Assembly (NCBI RefSeq): GCF_009914755.1
Contig: NC_060935.1
Source: the human T2T-CHM13v2.0 reference genome, Homo sapiens
Reading direction: 5' to 3' (one strand)
Length of the DNA: 64,000 nt
Shown: positions 34,590-45,521 of the stretch, one piece after another
Layout: every line of letters begins with the position of its first letter
Numbering within the stretch: position 1 is the first letter of the stretch
Notes under the pieces: generated by a model
The model's input: the letters and a program-made list of their open reading frames with translations, nothing else
Told to the model about the DNA's origin: nothing
The model's database searches: none
Made by a program: the position numbers and the translations under genes

Positions 34590-34790
34590 TGGTGGCCGGC
34601 CCGCCCCTCCCCGGGCATTGGCGGCTGCTCGCTGCCTCGCTGCTCGCTCCGAGCCTAGAGCCGGCAGCTCGGGAGGTCGGCCCGCCCCCTCAAAGGCTCC
34701 GGGCGGGCCCGGGACCTGGAGGGCCCGAGCTAGCGGGGGCGAGCGGTCCGGAGGTCCGGTTTCGGCGGTGAGTCCTCAGCCCCGGGCCAG
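34590..34790 (+). promoter_or_regulatory. PHLDB1: Intragenic CpG cluster / internal promoter with donor at 34768
   Basis: Dense CpG, CCCGCCCC boxes, donor GGCG|gtgagt. Confidence 0.65.
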
Positions 34791-37101
34791 CCACAGTCCC
34801 CAAGCAGCCAAGCTTGGAGAAGCTCAGACTGGGAGGGGCGTCTTGAGGAGGGTGGGCGGGAGGAGGTGCATGGGGTCCTCTGACCTTCTTTGGGAGCTTG
34901 AGGCTGAGAGACTCGATTGTGTGTGTTCCCTGAACATTTCTAAATGGGGATTCTGGGCTTGGGGGCACTTCTCAGCCGGTAGACCTTATCTTCTCCAGCG
35001 CTCCGGCAGTCCCCTCCTTAGGACCCACCTCCCTCAGATGGGGTTAAAGAGTCCTGGTTAGAATGAGGGGAGTCTACCTTATGGCCAAGGAGGGTCTCTG
35101 ATAGGAAGGACCAAGGCCCTTCCTCCCATATTCCCTTCACTCGGTCTCCCTTTGGACAATCCATTCTATTTGTGTGACCAGGAGGGCAGTGACAGTAGCT
35201 CTGAGAGTGTGTGAGCATGTACGCCCGTAAGTCTGTTGTGTTACTATGAGTGTGTATGAGTGTGAGCCTGTTTGTGTTGGTGTTTCTCCTCTGCATCTCT
35301 CACAGATAGGATTCACCCTCTCCTTCGCCCAGTTTTTCCCCTCCAGATGTGCAGCTCCTCCACCCACCTGCACACAGCTGGACCCTGATCCCCCCTGGGC
35401 ATGGGGGACACTGATCATGACTTTGGCAGGATGGGCAGGGATTCCTGGGCTCCCTGAAAGGGCTGGCCTTTGCGGGTTGGGGTGGGAGTGGGCAGAGAGG
35501 AGGCTTCTTCCCAGAAACAGGCTGGCCAGACCCCTGGGGGCTGTAGGGGCCAGCATCAGGGCAATGCCTGAAGCTTCTGCATGCAAATAGAAAGTTAATT
35601 TGGGCAGGAGCTGGGCTGCTCTCAGTCCTGCTGCCCTCCTGCCCGCTCTATTAATACGGATCCAGCTCTGCTGCCTGGCATCACTATTTATAGCCCAGAG
35701 GCAGCATGGCCACACCCCCTTATGCCGGGGAGGGTGAAGGGCTGAGGAGGGGGCAGAAAACACACAGCTATAGGGGCCCAGGCAGAGGATCCCTAGATGC
35801 CTACATCCTACTTGGGTGGGCCTGGGACTGCTGGGCTGGAATCCACTCAGACTCCCTGCCTCCTTCCCAGCCTGGACTGTGTGGTCAGGCTCCTGATCCC
35901 TACCACCCACGACCCTGGGTTGAGTGGCTCTGTCTAGACCCTGTGAACTCATCACCAGTAGGCTTGTTAAATGGCTAAATGGAGGGGGAGGGGCTTGACA
36001 GGGCTCTTTCTGAAACAGCTGTGGTTGTAATTAGGTGGACAGTGTGGTTGGCTATTATTTATTCCAGTTTTGAATACTCTGGGATCCTCTTCTCTGATTG
36101 GTGACTTGGCAGGGAAGGCTCCCTCTCTCTCCTTTAGAATTGTTGGTGTCTGGCTGCCTGGGAGGGCCTTTGTGTATGCCAGGATAGTGAGTGGCTTTAT
36201 CCACTATGGTTATCTGCCATGGGCTTCTCAGCCTACTAAACCCCCAACCCAAGCAATGCCCAGGATCCCAGGAACAGGCTCCTGAGCTTCTCAGTAAGGG
36301 ACCTGCCAAGGTACTCACGTGGCCTGGGATGCCTCTTGCCCTTGCGGCCTGCCTGAGCTGAACTGTCTCAGCGTCCAGGAATGTAGACTTCTCTGCCAGT
36401 CTTAGCTCAGACTGGCGTGAAGCTTGGGGTGCCAAGTGGCACCAGATTGGGTAGACAGGAGGCTGAGGCCGGGGGCCAGGGGTGTGGACAAATTGGAAGG
36501 ATTGGTGGTAGAGAGCAACAGGGCTCTGGCTTCTCCCAACATAGTATCTTCTGCAGTAGCCCTCCAGCACCTGGTGTGGCTGGGAGGTGGAGTTCTGCTA
36601 GCTACAGTTAGGCGCCTGTGGGCACATCTGCCACTGTGCACACTCCAGGTGCCCCTGGCTACATTTTCCAGCTCCCACATGCCCTCCCCCTCCAGGTACT
36701 CACACTTCCCGGGCAGGACTGGGCTTGTGTCTACTGCCTGGGAATGTGCTTGGCTGAGGCCGGGCCTGGTGGCCTAGTCTTGGCCTGATGCCAGGGGAGA
36801 CCAGGGAGCATGCAGAGGGTGCTTAGTCAGAAAGAAAGGTGGTGGTCGCTCCCTAGACTTGCAGTGCACAGCTCTCCTAAGGTCACAAAACAAGAAAGAG
36901 TGGGAGCAAATTCAGGACCCCCCCGGTTCATCTGACTGATCCATGGTTTTTCCCCTTGTTCCCTATCTCAGTTTTTTTTTGTGACCCTGGAAGTTGCTGC
37001 CTCTCAGACTGACTCTTCTACCCTTCTACCCAAGGGGCAGATAGATGGATCATGGATACAGGCTGGGGTTGGGGGACAGGTGTGTCTGTGTTCTCTGAAC
37101 A

Positions 37102-37428
<327 letters not shown>

Positions 37429-37439
37429 TGAATATATTT

Positions 37440-37630
37440 TTACAGAGTACTTTCACATACACTGTCTTATTAACCCTACAAGATCAGTGGTATTGTCCCC
37501 ATTTTTCTGATTAAGAGAACTAGATTCAGAGGTGAAGTTACTTCACCCAGAGATCTCACAGCTAGTAAGAAGAGGAATTAGGACGAGGACTCAGATCTTG
37601 GGACTCACTCACCAGTGCTTTTTCTACTCT
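37440..37630. mobile_element. MIR fragment
   Basis: cccatttttc..ga..actagattcagaggtgaagttacttcaccc..cacagctagtaag core. Confidence 0.7.
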
Positions 37631-37804
37631 GTCTTGTGCTGCGGAGCCCTGGAGGTGCCCATCTCAAGCACAGGCAAGGTCAGGTGTGGACTGTGTGGAC
37701 TCTGAGAGCAGATGAGGATGGGTCTTTAGAGCTGAGGTGAGCCTGCTAGTGCTGTGAGGTGGGGTAACTTCAGTCCTGCCTGCCCTTCCAAGTGTTTTCT
37801 CTCT

Positions 37805-38133
37805 TTCTTCCTTTCTTTTTTTTTTTTTTTTTTTTTTTTTTTTGAGACAGAGTTTAGCTCTTGTCATGTAGGCTGGAGTGCAGTGGCATGATCTCAGCTC
37901 ACTGCAACCTCCGCTTCCTGGGTTCAAGCTATTCTCTGATCTCAGTCTCCTGAGTAGCTGGGATTATGGGATTACAGGCGTCCACCACCACACCCGGCTA
38001 ATTTTTGTATTTTTAGTAGAGACGGGACTTCACCACATTGGCCAGGCTGGTCTCCAACTCCCGACCTCAGGTGATCCACCCTCCTCCGCCTCCAAAAGTG
38101 TTGGGATTACAGGTGTGAGCCACCACACCTGGT
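37805..38133 (-). mobile_element. Antisense Alu abutting a PHLDB1 acceptor
   Basis: Alu consensus ending ~25 nt before the exon at 38159. Confidence 0.92.
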
Positions 38134-38158
38134 CTTCAAGTGTTTGCTTTCTCTGCAG

Positions 38159-38284
38159 GCTGCATGTTGTGCCTGGGTCAGTCCACCTTCCTTCGCTTTA
38201 ACCACCCGGCTGAAGCCAAGTGGATGAAAAGCATGATTCCAGCAGGGGGCCGAGCCCCTGGGCCCCCCTACAGCCCTGTTCCTG
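38159..38284 (+). CDS. PHLDB1: PHLDB1 coding exon 4 (end of FHA-like domain)
   Basis: [42 protein letters not shown]; ag/gtaggt. Confidence 0.96.
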
Positions 38285-39591
38285 GTAGGTACCGACGGGG
38301 GCAGGGTGCTGGGTTGATGGTGTTCCTGCAGCAGTCCTCCTCCTTGCTCACTTCAGCCACACTTGGAGTGTTAGGGCAAGACAATACCTAAGGTCTGGGC
38401 TCACTGCCACCTGCCATGGGCGGGTGGAGAATGCCAGGCAGTGGGGCCACTGAGAGCTAACCAAGGCAGTGCTGCTTAGCTAAAATTGGGAAATTATGTG
38501 CCTCGAGGGATGGCAAGCTCTGCCAGCTTGTACCCCACTGCCCTGGAGGATGCCACTCAGTGTCTGGAACTCTGGCCCACTTGTGTCACCACAGGGAGCC
38601 TCACCCTCTAGGGTACCCTGAGGGGCAGAAGGAAGCATTAGGTTGAACTCCCTGTAAGCTGTGGTGGGGATCATGTCCTTGGGCCTCGCCCAACCCTCAC
38701 TCCATGCCCTGCCCGCTGATGACTCAGTGGAGCAGCTGTATTTTGTGTGTGAATTATTGATCCCCAGAAGAGAATTGGTGATTGTTCTGGGGAACCAACA
38801 CAGGCCCCCTCAGCCCAGCTGCACAGGGGGGCAGGAGGGGTGCAGACCAGGAGGCTATTATGGGTTTACCATCTCAGACTTTGCACTGGCATTTAGATGG
38901 CTATGGGGTGACAGGTGCTGGGACAGATGGACATGGATGTCAGGTACACCTAGTGGGGTGGTATCAGCAGCCTAAGTGGATAGCCTGGGGACCTGAAGAA
39001 AGGTGAGTGATCACTGGGATTATCAGTATCCATGGCATCCCCTCTGACTATATCCCACACAGTCTCCATAATTTTGGACCCAAACTCAGTCTTGCAAAGG
39101 CTTTCCCTTCTCTTTTCCCTACCCTCGATCTTTTCCAGTCCTCTGGGGGCTCAGAAGCCTGGGTTCCCAGTCTACTCCCTAGTTAATTTTACCCTGCCCC
39201 CACCCCAGCCTTGTCATGTCACTCCCTTAGCTGTTTGGGGCAGTGGTTCCAGGGACTCCTATATGGTTGACTAGTGCTGGGGCATGGCAAAAGCAGGCTC
39301 TTGCTGGCATGGCTTAATGGGATAATTGGAGGCACTGAGCTTCACCTCCTTGCTGGCAGCCTGGCTTCCAGGAACCAGCCATTAGCACTAGCTCCCTCCC
39401 CTGCCTCTGATTGGACGAAGTGGTGCAGCACACACCCCTCACCCAGCCCTGCAGGCTTTTTTCTTTTTCTTTTTTTTTTTTTACCCCTGGGCCTCTGGTT
39501 CCTACATTGGGAGGCCCTGACATCCTATTAGACTAGGAGCCCCTGGAACTTCTGGCCAGCTCTGCAGCAGGCGCCCATCTTCTTTGTATAA

Positions 39592-40179
<588 letters not shown>

Positions 40180-40529
40180 TACGTGCCCTTCTTGAGGAGG
40201 GATATAGGATATAGATTGGAGGAGTCTAGTCTTGGGGTGAATTGACAACAATAGTCTTAGAAGTGCCTATCATTGTTAACTGTTTTAAGTCACAGGCAGG
40301 AAGGCCCTGCCGATTCCCTTCCTTTACAGAAGGAGAAACTGAGGACAAGTGACTTGGCTAAGGTTGCATAGCAGGTCAGTGGCAGAGCTAGCTGGTACCA
40401 GAACCACATCTCCTGGCTTCTTCTCCAGAGCCTTGTTAGCCTCACTGTGCTAGGAGGAGGGGGGCTAGTGCTCTGGCTTTTATGCATATGCAGCTCCCTA
40501 AAGTCAAAGACCTTTGCATTTCCCTCCAG

Positions 40530-41875
40530 CAGAATCAGAAAGTCTGGTAAATGGGAACCACACCCCACAGACTGCAACACGGGGACCCTCTGCCTGTGCC
40601 AGCCACAGTTCCCTGGTGAGCTCTATTGAGAAGGACCTGCAAGAGATCATGGACTCACTGGTGCTAGAGGAGCCTGGAGCTGCTGGCAAGAAGCCTGCCG
40701 CAACCTCTCCACTGTCACCGATGGCTAATGGTGGGCGCTACCTGCTGTCTCCCCCAACCAGCCCCGGCGCCATGTCTGTGGGCTCCAGCTATGAGAACAC
40801 CTCTCCAGCCTTCTCTCCACTCTCTTCACCAGCCAGCAGTGGAAGCTGTGCCAGTCACTCACCCAGTGGGCAAGAGCCAGGACCTTCTGTGCCCCCGCTG
40901 GTACCTGCCCGTTCCTCCAGCTACCATCTGGCCCTACAGCCCCCACAGTCCCGCCCAAGTGGTGCTCGCTCCGAGAGTCCTCGGCTGAGCAGGAAAGGGG
41001 GCCATGAGAGGCCTCCCAGCCCTGGCCTCCGGGGTCTGCTGACAGACAGCCCTGCAGCTACTGTCTTGGCGGAGGCCCGGAGAGCCACTGAGAGCCCCCG
41101 GCTGGGTGGGCAGCTGCCTGTGGTGGCCATCAGCCTGAGTGAATACCCAGCTTCTGGTGCTCTCAGTCAACCCACCAGCATTCCTGGCAGCCCCAAGTTT
41201 CAGCCTCCAGTCCCTGCTCCCCGAAACAAGATTGGCACACTCCAGGACCGCCCTCCCAGCCCTTTCCGTGAGCCTCCAGGCAGTGAGCGGGTGCTAACAA
41301 CCAGCCCCTCACGCCAACTGGTGGGCCGAACATTTTCAGATGGGTTAGCCACCCGTACCCTGCAGCCTCCTGAGAGTCCCCGCCTGGGCCGGCGGGGCCT
41401 GGACAGTATGCGAGAACTACCCCCCTTAAGTCCATCTCTGTCCCGGCGAGCTCTCTCCCCGCTGCCCACCCGGACCACCCCAGATCCCAAGCTAAACAGG
41501 GAAGTGGCAGAGAGTCCTCGGCCCCGGCGCTGGGCAGCCCATGGGGCTTCACCAGAGGACTTCTCCCTGACGCTGGGGGCACGGGGCCGTAGGACACGGA
41601 GCCCCTCACCCACACTGGGTGAGTCTCTGGCACCCCACAAGGGCAGCTTCAGTGGCAGGCTGAGCCCAGCCTACAGTCTGGGCTCTCTTACTGGGGCTTC
41701 ACCCTGCCAGAGTCCCTGTGTCCAGAGGAAGCTCTCCAGCGGGGACTTGCGGGTGCCTGTCACAAGGGAGCGGAAAAATAGCATCACAGAGATCAGTGAC
41801 AATGAGGACGACCTCCTGGAGTACCACCGGCGACAGCGCCAAGAGCGGCTCCGGGAGCAGGAGATGGAGAGGCTG
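40530..41875 (+). CDS. PHLDB1: PHLDB1 large Ser/Pro-rich exon (1346 nt)
   Basis: Within ORF 40514-42016; AESESLVNG...LREQEMERL; ccag|CAG and CTG|gtgagc. Confidence 0.96.
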
Positions 41876-44431
41876 GTGAGCGGGTGCCAGGGAGGCTTGC
41901 CACTGTCCATGGCAGAGTCTCTGCCAGGGCTCGAGCAGGCCAGCTGGCAGAGCAGGAGAGGCCCTCAAACAGGGCTTCGGCTTCTCAAGGTTCCCCACCT
42001 CCAGGATACACTTTAGTGATCAATATCTTATGGTTCTGGTGCCGTGAAGAAGAAATTCCTTTGAAATCTCTAAGACTTTATTTTAAATTCTTGCTAATTT
42101 TGCATTTATTCAACATAGCATTTGTTTTAATGTTAAATTAAATTTCACATTGTTTACCTGAGCACAGTGAAGCTCTAGGAAAACATACCACAGGTATGGT
42201 AAGACCTCGAACCTCCCAGTTTGAGAAGCAGTTGGTGATCATGAGTAGGCTGAAGCTCAGAGAGGGGAATGGCTTTGTCCAAGGTCACACAGCAAGTTCT
42301 GGCAGAGCTAGAATTGGAACCCAGGTCCCCTGTCTGACTCTTTCTGAGACTTGTTCTTTAGAAAAGTACCTTGTCCTTCTTTTTTGCTTGTCTTTGGCCT
42401 CTACAAGTGGGTGGGAGCTGCTCATCCTGGCCCAGGCAGTATCATCTAGGAGTGCAGGTGGCAGGGTAGAGGGACAGAGCAGGATAGGCAACCCTGGCCT
42501 GACCGTTAGCCAGCCTGTGTAATTGTGACTGTGTGTGTCCATGTGCATGCACGTGGGTGCATGCAGGGGCTGGGTGTGGCTCTAGGCAGCTGTCCTGGAG
42601 ATGGCATCTGAGCTGGGTGGGGGCCAGGATTCCCCAGATAGCTCAGGGAGCTTAAGGGGCTCTGGCTGGTGTGTACACAGTCGAGCCCATGTACAGAAGA
42701 ATGGATTCTGCCCTCTGTCCCTTACGAGCAGAACAGGGTTCTTTGGAAGGTGGGCAGGAACCCTGGGATTGGTTTGAGGAAGAGAACCAGAACTGATGAG
42801 AACCAGAACTGAAGCATCTGGAGATGCTTTTGGAAGAGGTTGGGACAGTTTTGGATGAGGGTATAGGATTGTGTGTTTGTGTTGGATGGGGGTGAGATGA
42901 GGCGGATCCCATCTTTTCCTTTGCTGCATCTTCTCTTCACTGTTTTTGCATTGGTCTAGACGGGAATGCATGGCCATTCTAAGCTGGGGTCTCATCCTGG
43001 AGAGGGGGCAGTGAGCCTGGCACAGGCAGAGTGGCAGGCACAGCCTCCCCCAACTCCTCCATCAGTTTTCCCACCCCCATTCCCACACATAAGCACACAT
43101 CTTACCACTAGTCCTGACCTGCCTCACCTGCCACTTTAAGTCTTGGAGGCTGCCCGCCCTGCCCCTCCCACCTCAACCAGGCTGCTTATCTGGGTCCTGG
43201 GGCAGGGGTGGAGGCACTGGCCCAGCCTCCCAGGTGCCGAGGCTCTGTTCCGGTTTTTTTTTTTTTTTTTTGCCATGGAACTGGGCAAGCAACAGGAGGG
43301 AAGCTGGGTAAGTGTATGAGAACACCTCTCCAGCCTTCTCTCCACTTCCTGCGGTTTGGGTTCATGGCCAAACTGTAAGTGATGAGAGACACTTGAGGAG
43401 GTCTAGGGACCCTAGAGAGCCATGGAAGCCTCACAAACCAGGCTTCAGGCCTATAGGTAGGCCTGCGGGAAAAGGCAACAAAGACCAGGAATGTGATTGT
43501 GTCATCCCTCCTTTACCTCCTAGGCCCCTGAGAGGTGACTGTATCTGGGTGGGTGTGTATGTGGAGAGGGGTGGATGAAGTGGTAGGGCCATGGGAGTAC
43601 TCACTCATGGGCCTGGGCATTCAAGGACTGGCAGCAGCCCATCCTGCTGATAAACAGCCAAGGGCTGCCTGAGGGTAACTTGGAGCTGAGGTGGGGACAA
43701 AGAGGGCCGTGTCCTTGGTCTACCTCTTCTCCATGTATGTCTGTGGTTGGGTGTCTGGTCCCTGTGGGCTCATGGGTCTGTTTTCCAGCACTGTCTGTCT
43801 GCATACATGCCCACCTGTCTGTATGCTAGACTGTGTTTATCTGTGAGTGTGCATCAGTGTGCATTTGTGCATGTCAGGGCTGGTGTCTCTGTACTTGCCT
43901 ATTAATGCAGGGCCAGGGCACATGTTGTATCCTTGTGTGCCTGTGCATCAGTGCTGGTGTGTCAGTATGTGTCCTTGTGTCTGTAGATCTGTGTGTACCT
44001 GCGTCAGGACGAGCAACTGAGTTTATCTGTGTCTCATTGTGGTCTGTAGTCTGCTTAACAGTGTGTTTCTGTATGTGTTTAGTGTGTTACTGTGGGTCCA
44101 TTTGGTGTGTTCCTGTGTGTCCTGGGGTAGACTGAAAAAAGAAAGGAACAGGAAGATGGAAGGGGCTGTCCCAGAAGTGGGCAGGAAGAACCAGGCTGTT
44201 ATGCCATGTGGGCATGTGGCACAACAGCCTTGTTCTTCCTGCCCACTTCTGGGGCACCTTGTTTCCCTCTGCCTCCCCTAGGTCTTGGGGTCAGGCCTCT
44301 CCTGACTTGACACTGATGTCCTAGCCCCCTGTAACCCTGCTCTCCCTCCTGACAGGATACTGAACCTGGCTCTATCCCCACCAGGGCTCAGCTTCCTCCC
44401 CTTCATGTCCTGCTCTGTCCATCCTCCCCAG

Positions 44432-44704
44432 GAACGCCAGCGCCTGGAGACCATCCTGAACCTGTGTGCCGAATACAGCCGGGCTGATGGGGGACCTGAG
44501 GCTGGGGAGCTTCCCAGCATTGGGGAGGCCACCGCAGCATTGGCACTGGCAGGCCGGAGGCCCTCACGAGGCCTTGCAGGGGCCTCTGGGCGGAGCAGCG
44601 AGGAGCCTGGCGTTGCCACCCAACGCCTATGGGAGAGTATGGAGCGCTCAGATGAGGAAAATCTCAAGGAGGAGTGCAGCAGCACTGAGAGCACCCAGCA
44701 GGAG
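44432..44704 (+). CDS. PHLDB1: PHLDB1 coding exon 6
   Basis: ERQRLETILNLCAEYSRADGG...ECSSTESTQQE; 273 nt, phase 0/0. Confidence 0.96.
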
Positions 44705-45137
44705 GTGAGATGGAGGGGTAGGCAAGACAAAGAGGCTGAAGTTGGACCTGCTGGGGGCAGAGGAGGCTGGTGTATCCAATGCCAAGGTCCAGTGAGGGGA
44801 AGGATCAAGTTTGGGAAGAGATTAGAGAGCAGAGGTGCAGAAATGAGACAAGGAAGAGAAGGGAGGTGTTGATGAGCTTCCCAAGCTGTAAATATGCTTT
44901 ATGACCTGCCTTTCCATGGGGCCCCACCCAGGCCTGGCACTCAGTGGTAAATATTCTCTTCCGCAGAGCCCTTATTGCTCCCCTCAAAGGTGGGGGTTGC
45001 GGGGGGGCAGGGAATTAGCCTCCTGTCTCAGTCCAGCTATTCCTCAGCAAGTGCCTGGAGGAACAGGTGATCCATTTTCTTAGTCTGATTCCAAAAGGCT
45101 CTAGGCTTCCTCAGTTGATAGCTTCCCTCCCCTCCAG

Positions 45138-45278
45138 CACGAAGATGCACCTAGCACCAAGCTCCAGGGAGAGGTGCTAGCCCTGGAAGAAGAGCGGGCT
45201 CAGGTGCTGGGGCACGTGGAGCAGCTCAAGGTCCGTGTGAAGGAGCTAGAGCAGCAGCTGCAGGAGTCAGCCCGAGAG
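45138..45278 (+). CDS. PHLDB1: PHLDB1 coding exon 7 (coiled coil)
   Basis: HEDAPSTKLQGEVLALEEERAQVLGHVEQLKVRVKELEQQLQESARE. Confidence 0.96.
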
Positions 45279-45383
45279 GTGAGCCGTGAAGTCCCTAGCT
45301 GGACTCTTCCCTAGGCCAACTGAAGGCCCCAGAGAGGGGCCACAGTCAGCTGCTTTGATGGGGACCCTGGTGTCTGCCCCCAG

Positions 45384-45521
45384 GCCGAAATGGAGCGGGC
45401 ACTGCTGCAGGGAGAGAGGGAGGCAGAGCGGGCACTGCTGCAGAAGGAGCAGAAGGCAGTGGATCAGCTGCAGGAGAAGCTGGTGGCCTTGGAGACAGGC
45501 ATCCAGAAGGAGAGGGACAAG
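45384..45521 (+). CDS. PHLDB1: PHLDB1 coding exon 8 (coiled coil)
   Basis: AEMERALLQGEREAERALLQKEQKAVDQLQEKLVALETGIQKERDK. Confidence 0.96.
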
